Assembly: GCA_004525685.1 (NCBI GenBank)
Contig: SPBW01000001.1
Span: 1-48,472, forward strand
Direction of reading: 5' to 3'
From: Candidatus Atribacteria bacterium
Lineage (GTDB): Bacteria > Bipolaricaulota > Bipolaricaulia > UBA7950 > UBA9294
Length of the DNA stretch: 48,472 nucleotides
A model generated the notes under the pieces. The model was not told where the DNA came from. It searched no databases and was given only the letters and a program-made list of their open reading frames with translations. Every line of letters starts with the position of its first letter. Within the stretch, counting starts at the first letter, position 1. Made by a program: the position numbers and the translations under genes. This document shows positions 1-9,896 of the stretch, one piece after another.

Positions 1-1
1 C

Positions 2-982
2 TCATAGAGTTCCCTCCAACAGTGTGAAGAATGCCGTGAGATCGACATTCCCCCCACTGAGGATAACGCCGATGCGTCTCTTGCTCGTCTTGATCGTCCC
101 GTTCAATAGCGGCGCGACGGCGACGGCGGATGAGGGCTCGATGAGAATCTTCATCCGTTCCCAAACGAAGCGCATGGCGTGAAGGATGTCAGCCTCGGAG
201 ACGAGCACGATGCCATCCACCCCATCGCGAATGATGGGAAACGTCAATTCGCCGAGCGGCGTACGCAGCCCGTCGGCGATCGTGTGGGGCGTGAAGTCGA
301 CGATGCGCTTCCCCGTCTGCAGCGATCGAGCGGCGTCATCGGCACCGGCGGGTTCGCATCCGATGACTTCTACGCTTGGCAGCATGTGCTTGGCGGCCAG
401 CAATGTCCCCGACAACAATCCGCCGCCGCCGACCGGAGCTAGAATGAGGTCAAGTCCGGCAATCTCCTCGATCAGCTCCATGCACGCCGTGCCTTGTCCT
501 GCGATTACGCGTGCATCGTCATACGGCGACAAGAACGTGGCGCCGGTTGCTTCCCGAATGCGTTCAGCAGCTTCATGACGGCCCGCATGCGTGGGCGTAC
601 ACAGCGTGATGCTTGCGCCATATCCGGCGGTGGCCTGCTTCTTGATGTCGGACGCGTTCTCGGGCATGACGACGAAGGCGGGCGTCATGTGCAGTCGCGC
701 AGCCAACGCCAGCGCCTGCGCGTAGTTGCCGCTGGAATGGGTGACGACACCCTTGACGCGCTTGGCTTCCGAGAGGCTTGCGACGGCATTGCACGCCCCG
801 CGGAACTTGAATGAGCCCGTCTTCTGGAAGTTCTCGCATTTGAAGAACACTGATGCCTCAGCCTTTAAATCGATTGCACTGCAGGTCAATACGGGTGTTC
901 GGTGCGCGTAGGGTGCGATTCGAGCACGTGCTTCCTGCACATGGTCTGCTGAGAGCGGGCTTCCGCTTGAGTTGACGTTCAC
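2..982 (-). CDS. PLP-dependent threonine/serine dehydratase family enzyme (short form, no regulatory ACT domain)
   Basis: 326-aa ORF with PLP-lysine motif SFKFRGA and glycine loop PVGGGGLLSG, as in fold-type II dehydratases (IlvA/TdcB/serine racemase group). GTG start makes a GTGA overlap with the orn stop. TGA stop at 2-4. Confidence 0.8.
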   Translation of the reverse strand: MNVNSSGSPLSADHVQEARARIAPYAHRTPVLTCSAIDLKAEASVFFKCENFQKTGSFKFRGACNAVASLSEAKRVKGVVTHSSGNYAQALALAARLHMTPAFVVMPENASDIKKQATAGYGASITLCTPTHAGRHEAAERIREATGATFLSPYDDARVIAGQGTACMELIEEIAGLDLILAPVGGGGLLSGTLLAAKHMLPSVEVIGCEPAGADDAARSLQTGKRIVDFTPHTIADGLRTPLGELTFPIIRDGVDGIVLVSEADILHAMRFVWERMKILIEPSSAVAVAPLLNGTIKTSKRRIGVILSGGNVDLTAFFTLLEGTL

Positions 983-1533
983 ATGGCCTTTGTGCGGAAG
1001 ACATGCTGACGATAAAAGCGCATCTCATCGATCGATTCGCGAATGTCATCCAACGATCTGTGGGTTGATTTCTTGACCACCTTCTCGACGACGCTGGGAT
1101 ACCAGCGAGAAATGAGCTCCTTGATCGAACTGACATCCACGTTGCGGAAGTCAAGATAGCTGTTGAGCTTGGGCATGTGGTGCATGATGAAGCGTCGGTC
1201 GAAGCCAATGGAGTTGCCGCACAGAGGGGCCTTGCCTCGCAGGCAGTGCTTGCGAACAAACGCCAGTGTCTGGTCTGCAGCATCGCTCAGCGATACCTCG
1301 GAATCGCGACTGGCTTGTGTGAGTCCCGAGGCGCCGTGCTGATCGATGCACCAGCGATCCATCTTCTTCAGTACATTATTGGGCTGATGAATGACGAGGG
1401 CGGGTCCTTCTTCGATGATAGTCAGATCCTTGTCCGTGATGATGGTGGCAATCTCCAGGATCGAACAGCTGCGGTCGTCAATACCTGTGGTTTCAAGATC
1501 CATCCAGACCAGATGGGAGGGCGATTTTGGCAT
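979..1533 (-). CDS. orn: oligoribonuclease (DEDDh 3'-5' exoribonuclease)
   Basis: LVWMDLETTGID ExoI motif, NSIGFDRRF, and C-terminal H-x4-D (HRSLDDIRESI), length about 180 aa. Start placed at ATG 1533 (SD AAAGGA, 5-nt spacer) rather than the track GTG at 1554. Confidence 0.85.
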   Translation of the reverse strand: MPKSPSHLVWMDLETTGIDDRSCSILEIATIITDKDLTIIEEGPALVIHQPNNVLKKMDRWCIDQHGASGLTQASRDSEVSLSDAADQTLAFVRKHCLRGKAPLCGNSIGFDRRFIMHHMPKLNSYLDFRNVDVSSIKELISRWYPSVVEKVVKKSTHRSLDDIRESIDEMRFYRQHVFRTKAM

Positions 1534-1641
1534 GAGGTTCCTTTCTTTGGACACAGCATACCGAGTATTCGAGCGTCCGACCAGCGATGAGGAAAGCGGG
1601 CAAGCCGAAGCCTGCCCGCTTGATGAAGAACTTCTTTTCTG

Positions 1642-2916
1642 CTATGCCTTAACCGGTTTCAGCCAGAGCACGCTGATGAGGATGCCGAGTGCAGCTAGCC
1701 CCATCACAGGCAAGAATACGGGAAGGTATGCATCGGTGCTGTCCTTGATCATTCCTGACAGAAGCATGCCGAGAATGGCTCCGACGCCATACGAGGTGAA
1801 GACCAAACCGTAGTTCTTCCCATAATGCTTTGTCCCGAAAAAGGTGGCCGTTGCCGTTGGAGCAATAGCCAGCCACCCTCCGAGGTTGAGGTAGAGAACG
1901 GAGAATGCTATGAAGTAGAGCACAGGGCTACTGGCTCCCCATAGATAGAGAAGTGCCGATGCAGCAAGGATGAGAGCGAATGACAACGCAGCAGTGTTGC
2001 GAGGGCTCAGCTTGTCGGTCAGCCAGCCGAAGATGGGGCGGCCGATGCCATTGAAGATGGCGAAAAGCGACACCATCGTGGTGAGCAGTGTGGCCATTCT
2101 CGCTACGTCATATCCTGCTGTTTGAAGGATCTCGTTGCCGAACGGTTTTGCAATCCCGATTGCCATCAGACCGGCGAGGCATCCGATCGTGTAGGTTCCC
2201 CACAGAGCATAGAACGTGCCTGTCTTGACCATCTGCTTCCGGTCGAGATCGACAAGGCTTCCACCCGACTTGTCCTTCTTTGGGCTCCAACCTGCAGGCA
2301 TCCAACCCTCTTTCGGGCTACGCAGTGGCAGAGACAGCAGAAGCAGGATGGCGAGGAACACGATCCCTAGATACTTGAAGGCACCGAGGGCACCAATGGC
2401 AGGATTGTTGATCATGGCTGTCATGATTGGAACCATCACCAATGCCGACAAGCCAAATCCCATCACAGTTAGGCCGACGGCCAATCCCTTCTTATCAGGG
2501 AACCACTTGGCTGAGACGGCAATGGGACAGCCATAGATAATGCCCACGCCTCCACCAGCAATGACACCGTAGAAAATGGTCAGCCAGATGATGTTTGATG
2601 AGAAGCCGGACAGAATCCATCCGACGCCGACGAGAGTTCCGCCAAGAAGCGCGGCCTTCTTGGGGCCCCATTTACCGACCAATCCGCCAGCCAGTGCCAT
2701 GAACAACGCGAACGTTGCAAGAAAGACCATAAACGGCAGTCCGCTCTGGGTTGCGCTGATCGCCCATCCACCCTCTTCGATCGATTTCTCCAATGGACCT
2801 CGGAACACACTGAATGCGTAGACTGCGCCGAGGCAGATGTTCATCAACAATCCGAGCAAGACGAACATCCAGCGTCCCTGCTCGGCCTTCATTCCGAATA
2901 CCTTCTGTTCCGACAT
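1642..2916 (-). CDS. MFS transporter, oxalate/formate antiporter (OFA)-like family
   Basis: About 12 predicted hydrophobic helices and an N-terminus (GRWMFVLLGLLMNICLGAVYAFSVF) typical of OFA-family MFS. ATG 2916 is preceded by GGAGGG; the track start at 2934 is a TTG. Lies directly downstream of acs. Confidence 0.8.
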   Translation of the reverse strand: MSEQKVFGMKAEQGRWMFVLLGLLMNICLGAVYAFSVFRGPLEKSIEEGGWAISATQSGLPFMVFLATFALFMALAGGLVGKWGPKKAALLGGTLVGVGWILSGFSSNIIWLTIFYGVIAGGGVGIIYGCPIAVSAKWFPDKKGLAVGLTVMGFGLSALVMVPIMTAMINNPAIGALGAFKYLGIVFLAILLLLSLPLRSPKEGWMPAGWSPKKDKSGGSLVDLDRKQMVKTGTFYALWGTYTIGCLAGLMAIGIAKPFGNEILQTAGYDVARMATLLTTMVSLFAIFNGIGRPIFGWLTDKLSPRNTAALSFALILAASALLYLWGASSPVLYFIAFSVLYLNLGGWLAIAPTATATFFGTKHYGKNYGLVFTSYGVGAILGMLLSGMIKDSTDAYLPVFLPVMGLAALGILISVLWLKPVKA

Positions 2917-3005
2917 CGTTCCCTCCAGTATCAATAAGAACGGGGACGGACGAGCCGTCCCCGCAGCCTTTTATCGATTGGACAGCAATTTCGCGTCCAT
3001 CTGAT

Positions 3006-4964
3006 TTATCCCTTGTAATCGATGAGTCCCTTGAGCGTTTCCACGGACTCTGGATTCTGCAGTGTGGTGAGGTCGCCGACGGGCTCGTGGCGAACGAGCG
3101 CCTTAAGCACGCGCCGCATGATCTTGCCGGAGCGCGTCTTGGGCACGTCGAGCGCAAACACGATCTGATCGGGGCGACCTGTGGGGCCGATAACCTTATT
3201 GACCGTGGCCATCAGTTCCTTGACGATCTCGTCACTGCCTTCAATGCCCTTGCGGAGCAGAACGAAGGCAACGGGCACTTCACCCTTGAGATCGTGCGGG
3301 CGGGAGACGACGGCTACTTCGCTGACTTTGTCGTTCTGCGCGAGAGCGGACTCTACTTCCGCAGTGGCTAGGCGGTGTCCGGCGACATTCATGACATCGT
3401 CGACTCGTCCAGTGATGCGGATGTTGCCTTTCTCATCCTTGCGAGCACCGTCCGAGGTGAAGTAGCGCTCTGGGCCGTACTCTGAGAAGTACTGGGCTTG
3501 GAAGCGCTCCATGTCACCATAGATGCCGCGTGTCAGTGCGGGCGGGAACGGGCTGAAGATGGCCAAGTAACCGCCTTCATTGGGGCCGAGCGGGCTTCCA
3601 CCTGAATCGAGGATGTCGCCCAGGATGCCTGGGAACGTCTTTCCTGCGACGGTTGGCATAAAGGGGCCAATACCTGGCAGGTTGTTGACCATGTTGGCGC
3701 CGGTCTCCGTTTGCCACCAGGTATCAATAATCGGGCAGCGCCCGCCGCCGATGACGTCGAAGTACCACATCCAGGCGTCCACATTGATGGGCTCGCCAAC
3801 AGTGCCAAGAAGTCGCAGTGAAGACAAGTCATACTTCGCTGGCCATTCGTCGCCCCACTTGACGAACATGCGAATGGCTGTCGGAGCGGTGTAGAGTTGC
3901 GTGACCTTGTGCTTCTCAATAATCGCCCAGAATCGTCCGTTATCAGGAGCATCTGGAGATCCCTCGTACACCAGTGTGGTGATTCCGTTCATCAGTGGAC
4001 CGTAGTTGATGTAGGTGTGGCCGGTAATCCATCCCACGTCGGCCGTGCACCAGTAGATGTCGCCTTCGTGCATGTCGAAGTTCCACTTGGCGGTGGTGTG
4101 GGCTTGGACGGCATAGCCACCCGTCGTATGCATGATGCCCTTGGGCTTGCCTGTCGTTCCCGACGTATAGAGCAAGAAGGACAGGTCTTCGGAATCGAGC
4201 TGTTCGGCGGGGCAGTCGGCCGACGCATTGGCGACGATGTCGTGATACCAGACATCGCGACCTGGGACGAACGGGACGTCCTGGCCCGTTCGTTTGACGA
4301 CGACCAGATGCTCCACGGGCGAGTTCTCGATACCGGCATCTGCGTTCGATTTCAGGTTGATGGCCTTGCCGCGGCGATAGTAGCCGTCGGCCGTAATGAC
4401 CACTTTGGCATTGCAGTCGACCATACGATCTCGTAGAGACTCAGGGCTGAATGCTGAGAATACGACCGAATGTGGCGCCCCGAGACGAGCGCAGGCCTGC
4501 ATGGCAATGACGGCTTCGGGAATCATGGGCAGATAGATGCCGACGGCATCGCCCTTGCCAACTCCCAGTGCTTTCAGTGCGTTGGCGAACTTGCTGACGC
4601 GTTCTAGAAGCTGGCTGTATGTCAGTTTGACAGCTTCTTCCTCTGTCGGCTCGGGCTCCCAAATGAGGGCGACGTTGTCGCCCTTGCCCGCTTCGACGTG
4701 GCGATCGAGCGAGTTGTAGGACAGGTTGGTCTTGCCGCCGACGAACCACTTGTAAGCTTGTGGTGCGAAATCGTAGGCTTTGTCCCATTTCTTGAACCAA
4801 TGAAGCTGTTGGGCTTGTCCTGCCCAGAATGCCTCGGGATCTGAGTTTGCTTCTTCGTAGATTGCCTCGTCAGACACCCAAGTTCTCTTCTTGAGCTCGT
4901 CGGTTGGCCAAAAGACATTCTCCTTGTTCGGGTCTTTCTTGACCCACTGCATTGCATCCGGCAC
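3006..4964 (-). CDS. acs: acetyl-CoA synthetase (AMP-forming)
   Basis: 652 aa with the AMP-binding signature YTSGTTGKPKG, plus WWQTETG and C-terminal KTRSGKIMRR, all characteristic of Acs. GTG start with AGGAGG 8 nt upstream. Confidence 0.95.
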   Translation of the reverse strand: MPDAMQWVKKDPNKENVFWPTDELKKRTWVSDEAIYEEANSDPEAFWAGQAQQLHWFKKWDKAYDFAPQAYKWFVGGKTNLSYNSLDRHVEAGKGDNVALIWEPEPTEEEAVKLTYSQLLERVSKFANALKALGVGKGDAVGIYLPMIPEAVIAMQACARLGAPHSVVFSAFSPESLRDRMVDCNAKVVITADGYYRRGKAINLKSNADAGIENSPVEHLVVVKRTGQDVPFVPGRDVWYHDIVANASADCPAEQLDSEDLSFLLYTSGTTGKPKGIMHTTGGYAVQAHTTAKWNFDMHEGDIYWCTADVGWITGHTYINYGPLMNGITTLVYEGSPDAPDNGRFWAIIEKHKVTQLYTAPTAIRMFVKWGDEWPAKYDLSSLRLLGTVGEPINVDAWMWYFDVIGGGRCPIIDTWWQTETGANMVNNLPGIGPFMPTVAGKTFPGILGDILDSGGSPLGPNEGGYLAIFSPFPPALTRGIYGDMERFQAQYFSEYGPERYFTSDGARKDEKGNIRITGRVDDVMNVAGHRLATAEVESALAQNDKVSEVAVVSRPHDLKGEVPVAFVLLRKGIEGSDEIVKELMATVNKVIGPTGRPDQIVFALDVPKTRSGKIMRRVLKALVRHEPVGDLTTLQNPESVETLKGLIDYKG

Positions 4965-5036
4965 TGTAAGAACCTCCTACGAGTTTCGCTTGTATGGATG
5001 TGCCGATACTAGCCAAAACTTGGGGGTTTCTCAATG

Positions 5037-5615
5037 CTAATGAGCACGCGAGGGAATCAGATCAAGGAGCCAGGGAGCTGCGAAATAGACGCGATAGACG
5101 GGAAGTGCCAGGTGAATGCGGCGGATATACCTCTGGGTTTCGGGAAACGCGAGCGCGAGGTTGCCTTCCCAAGCTTCTGCATTCGAAGGACCGGCGTTGT
5201 AGGCCATCAGGGCAACATCGCGAGTTGTGAACCGATCGAGCAAGGTTCGTAGATACCAGGTACCTAGCGAGATATTCTGTGCAGGGCTGGTGAGCGTGGA
5301 CGTGGAGTAGTCGGTTTGCTGCAGCTCTTGGGCTATCCAGTCGCCTGTCTCAGGCATGATCTGCATCAAGCCGATGGCGCCAGCTGGCGATAGCGCATCA
5401 GACTCAAAGCGGCTCTCGCAGCGAATGACCGATGCCACCCACGCTGGATCAAGATGATAGATGTCACTGTAGTGCAGAATCTCTTCTTGATACCTAAGTG
5501 GGAACAACGCGCGCGTGAGGAATAGGCCACCATAGAGGAGTCCAAGAATGCAGATGAAACCTAGAATAGCGCATAACTGCAGTCGATGCGGACGTGCGGC
5601 TGGCGGCATGATCAC
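5037..5615 (-). CDS. membrane-anchored lytic transglycosylase (SLT domain)
   Basis: N-terminal hydrophobic anchor. SLT catalytic motif ESRFESDALSPAGAIGLMQIMPETG and AYNAGPSN. Start could be ATG 5609 instead of GTG 5615. Confidence 0.85.
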   Translation of the reverse strand: MIMPPAARPHRLQLCAILGFICILGLLYGGLFLTRALFPLRYQEEILHYSDIYHLDPAWVASVIRCESRFESDALSPAGAIGLMQIMPETGDWIAQELQQTDYSTSTLTSPAQNISLGTWYLRTLLDRFTTRDVALMAYNAGPSNAEAWEGNLALAFPETQRYIRRIHLALPVYRVYFAAPWLLDLIPSRAH

Positions 5616-5668
5616 CTATGATACGCCGAATTCACTATAATTCTTGAGTCTGTTCCATTCATCGAACC

Positions 5669-6367
5669 ATGGGGGAAGGCATGAAGAACTTCTTGCTTTG
5701 GCTGAGAACCATCTTCGTAAGCGGTCTGTTGGCTATCCTGCCTGTGGGCGCGACGGTCTATATCCTGCTGCTCTTGTATCGAACGATTGATCGTTTTGTC
5801 GGCAAGGAAACGGACTTCGGTTCGGCGATTGAGCGTGTGGTGGGAAGCTGGATTCCCGGACTCGGGATTCTGATCACAATCTTGCTGATCTTTGTGGTTG
5901 GGTTTGTGGTGCGTAGTGTCGTTGGACGGGGGCTTCACTACTACTTCGAGCGGATCTTCTTCTGGTTCCCAGGCGTTCGAAAGATGTACGGAACACTGAA
6001 GCAATTCACGGATGCTTTGTTCAACAGGGCCTCCACATCATCGTTTCATCAAGTAGTGATGTTCGAATACCCCAAAGCGGGGATCAACGTATTGGGACTG
6101 GTAACCAACGAGAATTTGGGAAAGCTCCAAGACGCAACGGGAGAGGACTGCGTTCTGGTCTATACGCCGACTGCTCCCAATCCGCTGTCGGGATATATGC
6201 TGATTATTCCCAAGCGTCTGTTGACGTATATTGATATGCCTGTGGAAGATGCCCTATCCATGGTTGTCTCCAGCGGCTCGGTACTTCCTGACTCTCTCAA
6301 GAGGATTCATATCTCAGAGATCAAAGAGAAGCGCTCCTGGATGTCACCTTTCAGGAAGGGCTCGTAG
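5669..6367 (+). CDS. DUF502 family membrane protein
   Basis: Two N-terminal TM helices, IPGLGILITILL, FPGVRKMYGTLKQ, and the signature PTAPNPLSGYMLIIP followed by MPVEDALSMVVSSG, matching the DUF502 pattern. Confidence 0.8.
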   Translation: MGEGMKNFLLWLRTIFVSGLLAILPVGATVYILLLLYRTIDRFVGKETDFGSAIERVVGSWIPGLGILITILLIFVVGFVVRSVVGRGLHYYFERIFFWFPGVRKMYGTLKQFTDALFNRASTSSFHQVVMFEYPKAGINVLGLVTNENLGKLQDATGEDCVLVYTPTAPNPLSGYMLIIPKRLLTYIDMPVEDALSMVVSSGSVLPDSLKRIHISEIKEKRSWMSPFRKGS

Positions 6368-6376
6368 AGGCGGTGA

Positions 6377-7222
6377 ATGATGTCGATCTTCAAGGACAAG
6401 CAGTACCTTCGTGTCAATGTAGACAAGGCGCCAGATGACAGCCTGTGGATGAAGTGTAAGGCCTGCGGGGAGCTGGTCTTCAAGCGCAGGGTTCGCGAGA
6501 ACAGCAACATCTGTCCTAGTTGTGGCGAGTACTTCTTCCTGACTGTCGAAGAGCGGATTGAGATGCTGGTTGATGCAGACAGCTTCGACAATATCTCCAA
6601 GAGCATCGAAGCCGATGATCCATTGCATTTTGTCGATCGAACTTCCTATCAAGATCGTATTGAGAAGGCTCAAGGCTTGACAGGATTGCCCGATGCCATC
6701 GTGGTAGGGCGAGCGACGATTACGCAATCACCGGTGGTTCTTGCCGTGATGGACTTCCGCTTCATCGGCGGGAGCATGGGCTCTGTGATGGGAGAGCAGA
6801 TCTGCCATGGCATGGAGACAGCCATCGAGGATCGCTGCCCCTTCATTCTTGTGTCTTCCTCTGGAGGAGCGCGCCTGCAGGAGGGCTTGTTCTCACTACT
6901 GCAGATGGCGAAGACAGCGGCGGTACGGGCGAAACTAGCCGAGGCTGGATTGCCATTCATCTCCATCATGACCTACCCCACATCAGGCGGCGTGCAAGCT
7001 TCGATTGCCAGCTTGGGCGATATCATCATTGCTGAACGTGGCGCGATGATCGGATTCGCTGGGCGCAGGGTCATCCAATTCACCATTGCACAAGAACTGC
7101 CAGCCGACTACCAGACCGATGCATTTGCTTTTGAACATGGCGCCATCGACCGAGTTGTCCAACGAGCGAACATGCGAGAAGAGCTTTCCTCGCTTCTTGG
7201 CTTCTTCGTGGAGGTAGCATGA
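6377..7222 (+). CDS. accD: acetyl-CoA carboxylase carboxyltransferase beta subunit
   Basis: N-terminal zinc ribbon CKACGE...CPSCGEY, then a carboxyltransferase core (MDFRFIGGSMGSVMGE, SGGARLQEG). 4-nt ATGA overlap with accA. Confidence 0.9.
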   Translation: MMSIFKDKQYLRVNVDKAPDDSLWMKCKACGELVFKRRVRENSNICPSCGEYFFLTVEERIEMLVDADSFDNISKSIEADDPLHFVDRTSYQDRIEKAQGLTGLPDAIVVGRATITQSPVVLAVMDFRFIGGSMGSVMGEQICHGMETAIEDRCPFILVSSSGGARLQEGLFSLLQMAKTAAVRAKLAEAGLPFISIMTYPTSGGVQASIASLGDIIIAERGAMIGFAGRRVIQFTIAQELPADYQTDAFAFEHGAIDRVVQRANMREELSSLLGFFVEVA

Positions 7223-8256
7223 GCGACGAACGCACCCTGGATCTCCTAGAGACGAAGATTGAGGAGTTAAAGCAGCTCAATGCGATGGACGGGATTGACC
7301 TGTCCGGTGAGATCACCAAGCTTGAGAAGAAACTGGTCGAGCTTCGTAGGAAGCTCTACTCCAACCTGTCGGATTGGGAAAGAGTGAAGATTGCCCGCAA
7401 TCCGAAGCGCCCTTACGCCCTGGACTACATCAAGTTGATGTTTGACGGATTCTATGAAATCCACGGCGATCGCATGATTGGCGATGATCGTGCGCTGCTT
7501 ACGGGGCTAGCGCAGCTCGATGGCCGCACGGTCATGCTGGTGGCTCAGCAAAAGGGACGAACGACCGAAGAGAACAAGGAACGATACTTTGGCATGACGA
7601 GGCCGCAAGGCTACCGCAAAGCGGTTCGAGCGATGAAGTTGGCTGAACGCTTCTCATTCCCCGTTGTCACGCTCATCGACACGCCGGGAGCCTATCCTGG
7701 CGTGGAGTCGGAAGCATCGAACATCGGTGGAGCGATTGCCGAGAGTTTGCTGGCGATGTCCCAACTGCGCACGCCCATCGTGTCCGTCGTCATTGGCGAG
7801 GGCGGGTCTGGTGGTGCGCTCGCCATCGGTCTAGCGGACCGTGTCTTGATGCTTGAGAATGCTGTCTATTCAGTCATTACACCAGAAGGCGCGGCTGCCA
7901 TTCTCTGGAAAGAGAAGGACAGAAGCCAGGAGGCTGCCGCTGCACTCCAACTTACAGCAGAACACCTCCTCCAATTGGGACTCATCGACGGCGTCATTCC
8001 TGAGCCGCTTGGCGGCGCACACAAGGATTTCGCTATGACCGTCGCAGCACTCAAACCAAGCGTAGTCGGTCTACTGGATGAGTTGAGGTCGCTTGGAATC
8101 GATGAGCTGCTGGACGCAAGGTTTCGTCGCTATCGAGCCGTTGGCAGCTTCCGCGAATTGGGAACGTCACACGAAGCGTCCTCATCCGATGAGAAAGTCT
8201 CCTCAGAGAATGAAGCGGATGCTGCAATCATATCCAACGATTCACCTGACGCATGA
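7219..8256 (+). CDS. accA: acetyl-CoA carboxylase carboxyltransferase alpha subunit
   Basis: ARNPKRPY, FGMTRPQGYRKA, IDTPGAYPG, GEGGSGGALA motifs. SD GGAGG upstream. Acidic, serine-rich C-terminal tail. Confidence 0.9.
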   Translation: MSDERTLDLLETKIEELKQLNAMDGIDLSGEITKLEKKLVELRRKLYSNLSDWERVKIARNPKRPYALDYIKLMFDGFYEIHGDRMIGDDRALLTGLAQLDGRTVMLVAQQKGRTTEENKERYFGMTRPQGYRKAVRAMKLAERFSFPVVTLIDTPGAYPGVESEASNIGGAIAESLLAMSQLRTPIVSVVIGEGGSGGALAIGLADRVLMLENAVYSVITPEGAAAILWKEKDRSQEAAAALQLTAEHLLQLGLIDGVIPEPLGGAHKDFAMTVAALKPSVVGLLDELRSLGIDELLDARFRRYRAVGSFRELGTSHEASSSDEKVSSENEADAAIISNDSPDA

Positions 8257-8705
8257 AACGAATGTTGCTTGGTGTGGGGAATCGCCTATCTCACGATGAC
8301 GGCGTAGGCCCGTTCGTAGCCCAGTCCCTTGCCGATTCTGATTGGATTGCGATGGATTGTGGCACAGCGCTTGAAAACGCATCTGGCATCGTATCGCGCG
8401 AGAAGCCAGATCTGCTGATTATTGTGGATGCCGCGGTCATGGGTGAGGAGCCAGGAACCACGTTGCGATTGCCTATCCAAGCCAATGACCGCATGCTGGC
8501 CTCGACACACGGGCTGCCGTTGACGTTCGTCATGGATCGCATCAGCGCATCAGCGGTGAAGATGATCCTCATTGGTATCGAGCCATTGGATCTCACGTTT
8601 GGAGAGGGACTGTCGCCTGTTGTCGAGGAAGCGGCCCACAGATTGATCGGGATTCTACAGACACGTCATCTGGAGGCCATTCCCGAGCATGGGATCTCGC
8701 AGTAG
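8253..8705 (+). CDS. hydrogenase maturation endopeptidase family protein (HycI/HybD-like)
   Basis: 150 aa with LLGVGNRLSHDDGVGPFVA, LLIIVDAA and ASTHG, giving the three metal-ligand positions of the family (acidic, Asp, His). ATG overlaps the accA TGA (ATGA). Confidence 0.7.
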   Translation: MKRMLLGVGNRLSHDDGVGPFVAQSLADSDWIAMDCGTALENASGIVSREKPDLLIIVDAAVMGEEPGTTLRLPIQANDRMLASTHGLPLTFVMDRISASAVKMILIGIEPLDLTFGEGLSPVVEEAAHRLIGILQTRHLEAIPEHGISQ

Positions 8706-8885
8706 GGCGAGTGCTGATTCCTGCTTGATCCAACTGCGGTAGCACGGCTTGAGGATTCTGTTTCTTGCGCGCAGCGCCGTCAGGCGCTGTAAGTGATGAC
8801 AAGCTCCAGGTATGATGGTATCCAATCAGTCGATGAAGCGAATCGGCGCTGTGGGATCTGAACGGGGTCCCACGAGGAGGTCGTG

Positions 8886-9896
8886 ATGGCTTTTTGCGGC
8901 GGAGACAAACTACTGTCAGCCTACCAGCTGGCGCAGCGCGATGGCTACGCGTTCATGGCAAACAACGTGGCCGAGTCCAACATTTTCCTCGGGCTGCTGG
9001 CTGCCTATACGCAAGCGCGATCTGACTTGCTTGTGCAAATCAGCCCGGGTGCTGCCAAGTTTGCCGGAGGGGGAAACAAATTGGCTGGGTTGCGGGCGCT
9101 CTCCCTGATGATTCAGGAGATCGCGAGCGCCGCTCCGGTCTGCGTGTTCATCAACCTTGACCACTTCACGGTCGACGAGTGGGATCTTATTGAAGAAGCC
9201 ATCGAGCACCGCCTTGTTTCGTCGATTATGATTGATGCCTCCAAAGAGACGTTTGATGAGAACGTTCGAATCTGCAGAGAGGTGGCCGACCGAGCCGCGG
9301 GAACGGGCATCCTCATCGAGGCCGAGCTAGGCAAGATCAAGGGCGTCGAAGACGAAATCTCATCAGACGACGCGTTGTACACGGATCCTGATGAAGCCGT
9401 CGAATTCATTCAGCAGACCCGTGCCGACTTGCTGGCGATATCTGTCGGCACGCAGCATGGTGTGTCCAAGGGACGAACGCTCGATTTGCGTGTGGATCTG
9501 GCTGCCCGGATTCGAGATCGCCTGTCAGCAAACGGACTCCATACGCCGCTAGTTCTTCACGGATCCTCGGGACTCTTGCCTGAGCAAGTGCGACAAATGA
9601 TCGGCAATGGCATCTGCAAACTCAACAAAGACACCCAGTATCAGTATGTTTATGGGCGAGCGGCATGCGATTTCTACCGGGAACACGCCGATGCCATGAT
9701 TCCGCCCGCTGGTGTCGAGGATGACATCTTGAATTTGTTTTCGCAGTCTGAATGGAGCCCGGACAAGAAGTTCTTCGACCCGCGTGTGGTGGGACGCAGC
9801 ATCCAATCGAGCATTGGCGGCATCGCCGCTGAGCTCATTGCGCAGGCTGGCAGCGGCGGGAAGACGCTGGGATCCGATAAGGAGAGTGTGTCGTGA
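8886..9896 (+). CDS. fba: class II fructose/ketose-bisphosphate aldolase
   Basis: INLDH, SVGTQHG, LVLHGSSG and KLNKDT motifs of class II (metal-dependent) aldolases. GAGGAGG lies 5 nt before ATG 8886 (the track start is GTG 8883). Confidence 0.85.
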   Translation: MAFCGGDKLLSAYQLAQRDGYAFMANNVAESNIFLGLLAAYTQARSDLLVQISPGAAKFAGGGNKLAGLRALSLMIQEIASAAPVCVFINLDHFTVDEWDLIEEAIEHRLVSSIMIDASKETFDENVRICREVADRAAGTGILIEAELGKIKGVEDEISSDDALYTDPDEAVEFIQQTRADLLAISVGTQHGVSKGRTLDLRVDLAARIRDRLSANGLHTPLVLHGSSGLLPEQVRQMIGNGICKLNKDTQYQYVYGRAACDFYREHADAMIPPAGVEDDILNLFSQSEWSPDKKFFDPRVVGRSIQSSIGGIAAELIAQAGSGGKTLGSDKESVS

